Assembly: GCF_052425735.1 (NCBI RefSeq)
Contig: NC_135763.1
Location: forward strand, 11,160,001-11,224,000
DNA length: 64,000 bases
Source of the DNA: Oculina patagonica
Lineage: Eukaryota
Direction of reading: 5' to 3'
Position 1 is the stretch's first letter; the number at the start of each line of letters is the position of its first letter. Below, piece after piece: positions 10,260 to 21,223 of the stretch. Made by a program: the position numbers and the translations under genes. Below the pieces are notes generated by a model. The model ran no database searches. It was given only the letters and a program-made list of their open reading frames with translations, and was not told where the DNA came from.

Positions 10260-13200
10260 CTACCACTGCTGTTGAGACCAGCTGTCTTGGTGCCACTGTT
10301 GATCACCCTGGTCACTGTAGCTGTAGTCTTGGCCCCACTGCTGCTGTGTCTCCTGCTGGCCATACTGGTGGCTGTAATCAACATACGGCCTCTTTGGTTC
10401 GGAATAGCCACCACCCCCTTGATAGCTGTCACCACCAAACTTGCGCTTTTGTGGGCCACCAAAGCCCCTTCCGCCACCTTCCCCACCCCTTCCTCTTGGA
10501 GGACCACCACGTGAGCCTCTACCTCCACGACCGAAGCCGCCACCACCACTGCCGCCACCTCTTGGTCCACCTCTGCTAGGTGCACCTTGACCTCCACGGG
10601 AGTACGAGCCCCTTGGACCGCCTCTTCCTCCACCTCGACTGGAGTAGCCCCCTCTTCCACCACTACCACCATATTCATCACCGCCATAGCCACCACCATA
10701 GCTACTTCCATACCCACCACCTCCCCCATAGCTGTTGTCTTCATAATAACCACCATAACTATTCCCATCATCATAGCCTCCACCGCCATACGAGTCGTAC
10801 CCGCCACTGTTACCATACCCTTGGTCATATCCACCACCACCTCTACCACGACCTCTACCCCTTGGCCCTCCACCACGTGGTTGGTTGCCACGAGGACCTG
10901 CACCCATTCCGGGGCCTCCTCGTCGTTTGTTGTCCTTGTTGGCAGGTTGGGGCTTTGCCAGGGACACGCTTATAGCAATCTCATCCCAGAGCTGACTGTC
11001 GAGTGATTGGATGGCATTTAATGCATTCTGGCGCTCAGTGAAGTGAACAAAAGCATAATCTTTGATTTTTTTTACTCTTTCAACAGTTCCAAACTTGCCA
11101 AACTCTTCCTGCAGTTTCTCTTCTGAAATGTTTGGAGAGAGGTTTCGAACATAGACCACCTTCACCTAAAAGACATTTTAAAAAAATTGAGCCTGAGTGA
11201 CTTCCTCACCATCACAACCTAACACGTTATTCACTTCATTGGTTTATATGTCTTGCTCAGGATACAAACTACTGGTGAATGTAAAGAAAATTTCTAATTA
11301 AAGATCTAATGTCAAAAAAAGAGGATAACTAAGCTAGAGCATCATTAAGATACATATTATAACAACCTGAAAATTCTGTTTAAATTTTTTAAGAACCTGA
11401 TGTAGCTCCTTTAATGTCAGAGTACAGTGTATGAATAACTCTAAACTCATACTGAAGTTATAAAGGTTGAACAAGTAGTGCTTCTCAATGAAATATGAAA
11501 TTATGTAAATTTTGTTTAAGCTTTGTTCTGTTGCTTTGGATTTTACTTGCACAGACAAATCAAAACTGAGCTTACAACCACTTTCTGACAGTGTTACTTG
11601 CATAGCGGCTTTCTATCAACATCCATCTTTCAACATGCTAAACAAACAAGACGAACAAAATCTGGCAATCACAGCCCACTAGCATGACCTTCTGAACTTG
11701 CGGGCTTATTTGGATGAAGCCAACACCGGTATGCTTCAGTTTTGATTGGCTCCTTTCAAACAGCATGTCAAAAGACAATGTTGAAAGAAGGTTGTAGAAA
11801 AATAGCCACTATTCACGTAACACTGAAAGCAGGTGTAAACAAAACTCTCATACACTTACCTTGGCCATAACCTCGTCATTTGGTTCTTCTTGGGGATCAG
11901 CCCATTCAACTTTAGCAACAGTCATCCCCCAGACGTACACCTTCCCAGACTGAAGGCGGCGCTTTGCCAATGCTGCTGCTTTGTGGCTTTCGTATTCCAA
12001 AAAGGCGAAGCCCCTGTTTCTTCCCTTTTGCTCGGGCGACAGATAAACAATCACATCAGTCAGATCTGAAGTAACTCTTGAAAATTCATCGAAAATTTCT
12101 TGCTTGGATTTGCTCTTCGGAATGGAACCAACGAAGAGACGATTGTTTGCGACCGAGACACAAACTCCCAACTTCTTTCCCGGTCTGATTTCTTTGTTAT
12201 CAAGCTTCTTGACTGCGTTCTGTGCTCCAGCTTTGGTTGTGTATGTACAAAAACCAAATCCTCTGTTTAGCCCTGATTCGGGGTCCATCATCAGACGGAA
12301 GTCGTAGACCTGACCACAATCTTCAAGGAGCGGAATGATCTCATCTTCAAAGCAGTCGCGAGGGATCTTTCCAACAAAGACCTGACAGCAACCTTTCTGT
12401 AAGCAAAGAAAGTTACAAATGAGATTCAATTTAATTATAATTTCATTGAGGTTTACTATGCAAACTTGTTAGCACTGGGAGAGAAAAAAACACTACCAAG
12501 CCTGGTTTACCGGAGTTATACTCAACCCTCTGCCTCCTTCATGCAGTTTTTCATGAGGTATTGTTCTGAATTCATTATTGCTGCATTTTAGGGAATTTAT
12601 TCATGATAAAATTTACAAGTTTGGTGGTGATACTGACCAGTCTGATGTTAACATGCATAAGGTTTCAAGAAAGATTGTCATAATACAGTAGAACCCCGGT
12701 AACTCGAACACGGATAACTCGAACAACCCCGCTAATTCGAACAAACTACCATTTTCCTTGGATTTGACCTCATTTTTCAGTCATTTTTACTCGGTTAACT
12801 CGAACTCGGATAACTCGAAAACCCCGCTAACTCGAACTAAATTTAGTTTCCCTTGATCAAAATTTGGGTAAAATTTACCCCGATAACTCGAATTTCAGTT
12901 CTTGCAACTCGCCACTTATGCCCATTGATTAAATGAACAGATCACGTATTTGACAGCCATTTTCCTCTCGTATCATAAGAATCTATGATCGTGTTAGAGT
13001 TTCTGACGAGATAGGTTTAATTTGCACTGTACTGTATACTGAAATGCTGAAAAATCAGTAAACTATCAATTATTAACTTGGTAAATTAAATATTCAATCG
13101 ACCCCGATAACTCGAAACCCCACCAACTCAAACTGTTTTTCGTTTCCCTTCAGAATTCGAGTTACCGGGGTTGAATGGTAATGTTACATGAGTAGGGTGT

Positions 13201-14273
13201 TTTTGTGCAACAGAAAGAGAAATCGTGGATCTGCAATCATCAAGATTCATGGTTTCTCCTTCCATCACACTAAGGCACTACAAGCTTCAATCAAGCAAAA
13301 GTAAACTACCTCCACAAATAATACCTTTGAGCAATGTTGAATACATGACAACCCTTTTCAAAACAACTATCAATAAATATTCTTTTTTTAAAAAAAAAAA
13401 GTTGTGGATATGGGGCAGATCAACAAGCAGTGAGATGACACTGCAAATTTCAAAAGCCTGGTCGAACTGCTGCGGCTTATTCAATAATAACTCTCTCTTT
13501 GTTTGAGTTCACATTTAGCATGATAAATTGCAAAATTGCAGCTCTCCAACATCTGTATGGCATTTCTTTGATCTAGATATTTTCAAACTAAACGGATTTC
13601 TTACATTAGGCATACTTCACTTGTTCATCTCGATAGATCTACACCTTTTAAATAATATACAACTCTTCATTTCGAGAAGAAAACTTAAACGTAACTTAAT
13701 AGAGAAGATTGAATGCCAGAAAATGATCGCTGTGTCCTAATGGCCGTTTATAAAACTTATAAGCTTATAATTTTTATGAACCATGCCACGACTGATAACT
13801 GACGATTTCAAAGCACTGAAGTCAAGAAAAAAAGCTCAAAAAACTTCACTTACATCGCTACCACTTGTACCAGGCATAGGTCCATTCCAGCCAGGCGGTG
13901 GCCCTCCATATTTCCTCTGTCCCGAGGTGATATCTAACGTATAGCCAGTCCTGTCCAGTAAAGCCTTGACTTTGCCTTCATCCGCTCTGCTCGTCGCTTC
14001 GTTGCTTGTGGCTTCGCCGCTCGTCGCAGATTTTGTCACGTAAGTTTTCATCACTCCGCAGAGGAAAGCGCTCTTGTTCTGCACATGTGACAAATCGCTA
14101 TTTGCAAACTGATCCAACACTTCTAGAGCGCCTTCTTGGTTGAATTCTCGAAGAGCTTCGAATGCTCTGTCATCGAGTTCCTCGGGCGAAAGAAGCCCAC
14201 AAGTGAAGATTTCAGACATGCGTTGCGCAACGCTCTCGCTGAGGCCTTGGTTTACGAGCATTTGAGGCTCCAT
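10260..14273 (-). CDS. SYNCRIP: Heterogeneous nuclear ribonucleoprotein Q/R (SYNCRIP/HNRNPR pro-ortholog), 620 aa
   Basis: Exons 14273-13854, 12396-11860, 11165-10260 (GT-AG, phase 0). N-terminal acidic domain ([20 protein letters not shown]), three RRMs ([31 protein letters not shown]), RGG/Tyr-Gly tail and bipartite NLS. Confidence 0.95.
12686..13178. mobile_element. Second, inverted copy of the 5975-6455 MITE, in an hnRNP intron
   Basis: Reverse complement of 5975-6455; TA flanks. Confidence 0.85.
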
Positions 14274-14984
14274 AGTGTAGAATAAACTATACAAAATGAT
14301 AAAAAGCCGCTTCGATGAATCACTGATACAAACTTGACAGTGAAATCAGTACAACAGCATGCAAGACTGCAAAAGCACGCTTCGCTTAGCCGGAAAACGT
14401 GCTTCACTAAAATTGCGGGGTGGACCGTGATTTCCTGAGGGGTGGCATGCAAAAGCTGACCCGACACCCTCCCCGAGAGAGTTTGCAATGCGCGTCCAAG
14501 AACGTTTTGACAATATTTCTGGGTATTTTTTGGTTGTTGTTGTTTTTTGCCCTTTTTGCACGGATGTTTTTTTCTCTAGTTTTAATGATAGCTTCTCTGG
14601 AGAAGAGCATGCTGATAGGAGGTGGGGTGGGGCAGAGAGAAAACTAAATTATCTTCATCAAATTGTTTTTAGCTTAGAAGAAAGGGCTTTTACCGGGGTA
14701 TTAAATTGGGCTTTCATTCAGAATTTTACATCTGCTTCAATATTGTAAGCATTTAGAAAATGCTTGGTTTTCACTCTTTTGTCACCTCTCCCCAACTGAT
14801 CCCACACAGAAATTTTGCCACAAGAAGGCAGTTTATTGGCATGGCTGTTTGATAAATACAACAAAACTATAGACAGACTTGACTTCAATCTTTATACAAG
14901 TTCATTATAAATAAGACTTGGTTTTATCAAACACTTCTCTTGATGGGGCTACCATACTGTCAACACAGAAAAAAACCCTTGAAA

Positions 14985-15174
14985 GAGGGTAGCAAAGGGC
15001 TACACGTGAAAGTGCATGACACGTGAAAAGGGCGAAAATTAGACCGTGGCGCGTGAAAAAAGGGCAAAAATTATACCTTGATGCGTGAAAATAGGTAGAA
15101 AAGTCAACGTGATATTTGAAATTGGTTAAAGTTTGTATATGAAATGGGATCACGAACCCCCCTTTGCTACCCTC
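14985..15174. mobile_element. MITE with GAG termini
   Basis: GAGGGTAGCAAAGGG / CCCTTTGCTACCCTC; TTGAAA duplicated on both flanks. Confidence 0.75.
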
Positions 15175-15560
15175 TTGAAAGACCCTTTTGACCTCTTTTG
15201 ACACTCTGGGGATCAGGTGATGACAAGTTGCGTATGTAATTCAATTTCCTGTTTGTGGTTACAAAAACAACAGAGATGTTTTTAGAATTGTGCTTACTGT
15301 TTAACATTTCAGCATTGTGTTGAAGATCATTGTGTTTGCAAACACTGGTTCTTTAATATATGATACATGTAGCTGAGATGTGCAATGTAGTACTCTACTT
15401 ATAGACAGTGTGTCTCAGTGCTGCATACATGTATTAATCAATTTAGACGCAGTTAAAAGATGAGTGTGGGTCTTATTTTAGTTACTAAACAGTTCAAACT
15501 GTCAGTGGTAATTAAAGTGACATCATCGTGGTGACTTCTATAATACAGACACCTCTCTAA

Positions 15561-15760
15561 GGGGCCTTTTACATGGAAAGAGGATGATCCCAGCACTAGG
15601 ATCATCCTCCTTTCATGTAAAATAAAATGATCCTAGTGAAAGGATCATCCTAGTACTAGGATCATCCGAGCACCATATGTTTTCAGCTTTCAGTTTACAT
15701 GTGAAGGGTTGCATCTAGCCCTAGCGCTAGGATGATCCTAGTGCTAGGATCATCCTCTTT
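15561..15760. mobile_element. PIF/Harbinger-like MITE remnant with AGGATGATCCTAG palindromes
   Basis: TAA|GGGGCCTTTTACATGG start and multiple internal palindromes. Confidence 0.55.
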
Positions 15761-15781
15761 TGCTGTTCCTTTGGTGTCTGT

Positions 15782-16134
15782 CCCAGGGGGGTACTCGGGA
15801 TTTCAAATGACGGGGATGATCAAAGGAATCTTTTTTGGGTTTGTAATTTTCGGCTCTGGCATTTTTTGGGTAGAAAAATTTGGCAAGTATTTTTTATCTA
15901 AGTGGGGATTTTTTGGGGTATTACAAACAATCTTAACATTCGTGGTAGGGCCTTGGCTGTGTAGTTCTGCAAATTAGTACAAACAAATGTGTTTTGCTGT
16001 TGATTTTTGGGGGGCTAATTTTTGGTCTTGGGATTTTTTGGGTTTTGTTGGAAGCCCTAGGAATTATTTTGGGTCTTGATTTTTGCCCCCATTCGATCAT
16101 CCCCGTCACTTGAAATTCCGAGTACTCCCCTGGG
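15782..16134. mobile_element. MITE with CCCAGGGG..GTACTC termini, nested in an older TA-type MITE
   Basis: ~40-bp TIRs; 8-bp TSD GTGTCTGT / GTGTCCGT. Confidence 0.8.
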
Positions 16135-16189
16135 GTGTCCGTATTAGAGAGATTCAACAGTAATAAACCTTCATAACATTGGCATTGTT

Positions 16190-17119
16190 TTAAACCAGGA
16201 ATTCGTCAGGTGGAAGAAGTTCAGGGATTTCATTAAATCCCGGTATAAAAAACTTCCACCATTTTTCTCTCCTATACAGCATGAGCTTCCTTAACAGCAC
16301 TTTCTTTCTACGCAGACACCTGTCAATCAAAATGACTTTCAACCAGTCCTTGCACGTTAGTTTTTGACAGGTTTTCAAAAAGTCAATCATAGACATGTCT
16401 ACGATGAGGAGAAAAGTATGAAAGCAAAACATCATCGAGATAAAAAGTAGCAGGAAGCTGACCACAAGGAACATGACGGCATAGTCACCAAGTTCACTAC
16501 ACATCCCAGCTCTGTATGGTGATGTATAGTTCAGCATGCAAACCATGAATGGAGTGTAAGTACAGTACGCAGAAAATGCGAGTCCCAAGCAACAATGCAT
16601 CAGGAACAAGTAAAAATGAGCAAAGTTGTTCAAACCAACGCAGTTGTTTGTAAAAGGGCAGTGATGCGACATGAACATCACACAAGAGTTGCATGAACTG
16701 CAGTGGTGAGTGCCTTTATCTCGAACACGTGAACACTTGGCGCAAAATTTCAGCGACTCCAGATGAATGTCAGTGTCTTCTTCGAGCTCTTGGCGCGTTT
16801 CTGGATAGCCTGGTGAAATAATCATGGCCGCCAAATAGTTGAATACCATGTTTAGCCAAAGATAACACGCGGTGATTATGTAGCAAACACCTTGAAGCGA
16901 CGAATAGGGGTGAGCAACCTCTATTGGCAAAATCTCCAGGAAGAAAAACCAAATTGCTGAAGCAAATATAAACAAGACAGGCGTAATCTGCAATCCTTTG
17001 AGGAACCTGTAAAGCCAAGTTTTTCTTGACCCGCGAGGGAAGAAAGTTTGTAAGCTGCTTATGATAAAAACGCCCTGAATAAGTCCGACAGACAAAATTA
17101 TAATCCAAACAAACGCCAT
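16190..17119 (-). CDS. ZDHHC16-like palmitoyltransferase paralog A, intronless, SHHC variant, 309 aa
   Basis: Intact ORF; Cys-rich domain CAKC-x9-HCSSCNSCVMFMSHHCPFTNNCVG; PGYP motif after a TM helix; about five hydrophobic segments. Confidence 0.9.
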   Translation of the reverse strand: MAFVWIIILSVGLIQGVFIISSLQTFFPRGSRKTWLYRFLKGLQITPVLFIFASAIWFFFLEILPIEVAHPYSSLQGVCYIITACYLWLNMVFNYLAAMIISPGYPETRQELEEDTDIHLESLKFCAKCSRVRDKGTHHCSSCNSCVMFMSHHCPFTNNCVGLNNFAHFYLFLMHCCLGLAFSAYCTYTPFMVCMLNYTSPYRAGMCSELGDYAVMFLVVSFLLLFISMMFCFHTFLLIVDMSMIDFLKTCQKLTCKDWLKVILIDRCLRRKKVLLRKLMLYRREKWWKFFIPGFNEIPELLPPDEFLV

Positions 17120-17213
17120 CTTGTAGAAGAGATCACGCAGCTCGACCTGGGAACGAGTTTACTGACTGGTCACCAGGTACACTCTTTCAGTTTGCACTTT
17201 GAAGTTGATCAAA
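17120..17213. promoter_or_regulatory. Putative ultra-compact bidirectional promoter / 5' UTR region
   Basis: 94 nt between divergent ATGs; imperfect inverted repeat 17145-17158 / 17165-17178; start contexts CAAGATGGCG and CAAAATGGCG. Confidence 0.6.
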
Positions 17214-18245
17214 ATGGCGCTGGTTGTGATCGGTTTGAGCGTCAGTATTGTCGTTGTTATAATTGGTGTTTTTGTTTTCCAATTCCTTCCAAGACTGTTT
17301 CCTAAACTCAAGACGCTGTTGCCGTCGCAAGCTGTGATCAGCAACCTACAAATTGTGCCGATCAGCATCATTTTCCCCGCTCTGTTGTGGCTGTTTTTCT
17401 CTGTTTACCTAGAAGCCCATGTTCCTGGAAACCCATACTCGTCGTTGCTAGGGTGGTGGCACATATTTTTCACCCTCTACATGATGGCCAACGCTGTTTT
17501 CAACTACTACATGACCGTCTTCACTTGCCCGGGATATCCACAAAGCCAGGATGAGTACACCCGTGATAGATGCTTCGTAAAAACCTATCAAATGTGTGTA
17601 AAGTGCAGACGAGTTCGAAGCGCTGGAACACATCATTGCAGCTGGTGTCATACGTGCGTTGAAATGATGTGCCACCACTGTCCCTTCACAAACAACTGCA
17701 TCGGGCGCCGAAACTACGTCTACTACTTTACCTTCTTGACATATGCATTCTTTGGGCTTTTGTACGCATGTTACCTGGCGTACTTCCCATTTGTAAATTG
17801 CATGTCTGGCCTTGCTGTTAAGAAACTTAAAGAAACTTTGATGAGCGTGCCTCACTTGCAATTGAGTGCTATGCATCGCTATTCATCACCGGATGGTTCG
17901 ATTTTCAAAGAGTTTGATGATGTTAAGATGCCTGAAAGCTGTGAAGTATTACAGGAATACGCCATCTTATTTGCCCCCACTGTCGGTATCACCTGCTTCA
18001 TTGCAGCATTATTCCTGTTCCAAACCTTTCTCCTGCTCGCAGACATGTCAATTGTTGATTTCTACGACTCTTTTTCCAAGGCCACGTCATTTCAGGAGCT
18101 TCTCCGCATTTGGCATGTCAGCCTATTCAAACGAAGGAAGTTTCGCTTCGTTCACTTGGTCCTTGGGAAGAAAAGTCAGTGGTGGAAATTTTTTGTACCA
18201 TGCCCAACTGATGTTGAAAATGACTTACCACCCAAAGACTTGTAA
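17214..18245 (+). CDS. ZDHHC16-like palmitoyltransferase paralog B, intronless, CHHC variant, 343 aa
   Basis: ATG at 17214 in strong context; CVKC-x9-HCSWCHTCVEMMCHHCPFTNNCIG; CPGYP motif; C-terminal WWKFF shared with paralog A; AATAAA at ~19245. Confidence 0.9.
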   Translation: MALVVIGLSVSIVVVIIGVFVFQFLPRLFPKLKTLLPSQAVISNLQIVPISIIFPALLWLFFSVYLEAHVPGNPYSSLLGWWHIFFTLYMMANAVFNYYMTVFTCPGYPQSQDEYTRDRCFVKTYQMCVKCRRVRSAGTHHCSWCHTCVEMMCHHCPFTNNCIGRRNYVYYFTFLTYAFFGLLYACYLAYFPFVNCMSGLAVKKLKETLMSVPHLQLSAMHRYSSPDGSIFKEFDDVKMPESCEVLQEYAILFAPTVGITCFIAALFLFQTFLLLADMSIVDFYDSFSKATSFQELLRIWHVSLFKRRKFRFVHLVLGKKSQWWKFFVPCPTDVENDLPPKDL

Positions 18246-19960
18246 ATACAATAGTGTTACAGTTGTCCTACCAGGAGTTGGGGGGGGGGGGGGGGCAGGG
18301 TGAGACCCCTAGATGCGAGCTTATTCTAAGCGTTTAGTTAGTTGGGGTGGGGGGCAGAGGGGAGAACAGCAAGGGATTTTTTTGGGGGGAGGGGGGTTGG
18401 CATCTCTGGTAAGATGCTTGTTAAAAATTTTTTGTCAACATATGAACCCCTATGTCAGCTAGGTGGCCATAACATGTTATCCTTTATAATAAGATGCCAA
18501 TTGTGAAAACAGCCAATGATTTGTTTGGAATTACATGTATATTTCCAAACTAATGACTAGTATTCTGACTATTTTTGATAATAATTACAGGCTTGACTTT
18601 GCCATTTTGTACACTTCACCAGCACTAGCACTAACACTCTTAAAGTAGCTCTTTAAAGTAATATACTCTAAGTAGGCAAGGTTTTGGATGAGGAGCCTAG
18701 ACAAAAAAGAACTCTCTGTAAAGCAAATTCAAGAAGGATGGTAAATGACCGAAATGTGGAGCATTCTTCACATGCCTATTTTATAGTCATGAAAGCTGGT
18801 TTCTGTAGAGAGAATGTGTCCATTAAGGAGGGAGTTAACTGTGGTCTAGTGTTAGCAAATTATCACTTAAAGGGCCACTGGTTTACCGTTACCATGATGC
18901 TTTGCCATCTTTTTGAATTTGTATTGCAGAAATTGCGGGTCTTAGGAGAAATATCTTTCACTGGATTTCACAGCTCTATAAAATTTGAAACTAGTTTCTT
19001 TATAATATTTAAATGTTTCATCTTGTTGTCTTTGAGTGTTATCATATTATTCTACATAGGGGTATGTTGTCTCTTTACGTCAACATTTAACACGGTTTGT
19101 GAATTTTGTCAGTTAGTGAATAATGCAATAGCTTTATTTATTGAGAGTACATGGTGTACTCATTTAAGACTCCTAAATATTATTTATCGCTCATTTAGCA
19201 CACATGTACAGTTATACAGTTTGTTGCACTGTGTGATAAAGTAAATAAAACATTTTGGATAAAATCTTGTATTTTTACTCTGTTGTTTGGGGTCCACCTT
19301 ACAGAAAGTCTGAAAAAATAGTGAAAGGTAGGTTTTCCCCAATTTGTTTTACTTCAGTTTTATTTTGTCTGAGTTTGCCACCCTCGCTGACTTGTCCTCA
19401 TTCATCTCTTACTGGAAAAATGTAAGCCACAGTGGCTGCACCACTCGGCTTTGTTTTCCTCCAGGAGACCATGGGTGAAGGTTCTATTCAAAGGCTTGAA
19501 GAAGTTGGTCTTCACTCCCACTAGTATGTATTAAAACACTGCTAATGGATGTTGCCTCAATGCTACTGAATACACAAAACACAAGCTCAACATTTGATTT
19601 TGTTTGCTTTTGGACTGTCCTGCCATTGGGCAGCCACCCCTCTCTCTCCCATACAATACTGGCAAGCTAGTCTATGATGAAAATTATGAACATTCTGATC
19701 AGGTCGCTGATTGATTCTTAACTGCTAGGATTGACCACTCACAAATTGGTTTTGTCAATTTGCTTAATTTTAAACATAGTAAAGAAAACATTTCAGTTCT
19801 CTCTCACTTTGAATTTTGGTTCGACTTCAAAGGTGGCTTGAAAAAGCAAAGTCAAAAGAGTCCACTGTATGGACTCAGGAATGATTACAAGCCACTGTTT
19901 GGGAAATGGATTCAGCCATTAGTTCAATAACATCCTATAGATTCTATGGATTTTGACACT

Positions 19961-20255
19961 TGGTAGCCTAATGGTAAGTGTGCTGGACTCCCGATTTAGC
20001 AGCCTGGGTTTGAGCCCAACCACTGGCCAAGGTCTTGCGTTGTGTTCTTAGGCAAGACACTTATCTTTCATAGTGCCTCTCACACCCAGGTGTATAATAA
20101 ATTGTATCAGCAAATTTAATGCTGAAGGTACATGTAAATTTATAATAGACCAACATCCCATCAAGCCAAGCAGAAGGATTACTTCAAGTCACTGAATGCT
20201 ACAGAAACCAGGATGAGCTCCAGGCTGATGGGCCAGTGGGACCAAACACAGACTT
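19961..20255 (+). mobile_element. tRNA-derived SINE with Nin/Inv-type central domain
   Basis: A/B-box head followed by TGTGTTCTTAGGCAAGACACTT...CACCCAGGTGTATA. Confidence 0.7.
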
Positions 20256-21223
20256 ACTATCGCTTGCTTGACTTACTGACTGATTGATTGATTGCTGATT
20301 GATTGATTGATTGATTGATTTACCACATTAAATACTTGTAATGAAAGTAATAAAGTCAAAAATTATAAATAAAAAATTCAAAAACTAGTGGTGAGGAAGC
20401 CAAACAAAACAACCATAAAGCTTTCTAGAAATAGCTTGTTTTGATGGCGAAAACAGGCTGTCATGTTGACTTACTAGATACCTTAAATTAAAATAAAACT
20501 CACAGCAAACTAACACAAGTCTGTTCAAATAACAGTTTTATTCCTCAAAGTGTGCACAGAAGTATGAATATTGTATCACTAAGATTATATTTAAAACCTA
20601 TGTACAAGCAGCTATAGATTGAAGCAACTCTACATAAATACATTGTTTCACTTATGTACAAACTTTATTTTGGTATTGGCAAATTTTGAAAGTTTGATCT
20701 TTTTTGTACATAAAAAGTGGTTATATAAACTGTTTGACCAAATCTATAATTAATTATATCTAGCAATTTTATAATAAGCTGATAATAAATATAATAAAAA
20801 AGAAAACAATTGAAATATTATTTTGAAACAGAGTTACATGTGTGGTGCGGCAAATAATAACCATAGTTGTTGAAAGCTATAAATAATGAAAATGTCCCAT
20901 TTATCATTTTGAAAATATTAACCCTAATAAACCAAAGCCTAATAAGCTGCAATTCCAATAAATTCTGACTGTTCTTATTCCTGGTTTTTCACCAATATGT
21001 CATGTGAGTCAAAGATGCAAAAGGCCTTTACATTGGTAATGCCTTTAACATTTTTGACCACCACTCCACAGGTTACAGAAAGCACTGACATATCACATAG
21101 AAATAAATTTATTAAAAGCTATACAACATTCCAAGTATAGAAAAGTGCAAATTAAAATAAATTGTTGTTTTAAACATGCACAGTGGCATGTAATAATTTT
21201 AAATTTGTACACACGCATGGTTA

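Noticed and set aside
10224-11006. Overlapping and antisense ORFs over the last hnRNP exon
   Set aside because: By-products of Gly-rich codon repeats.
17199-17213. TTG start for ZDHHC-B from the ORF track
   Set aside because: The ATG at 17214 has a strong context and gives an N-terminus comparable to paralog A.
18684-19244. 186-aa ORF after ZDHHC-B
   Set aside because: TTG start, AT-rich, no motif, and lies within the likely 3' UTR before AATAAA.
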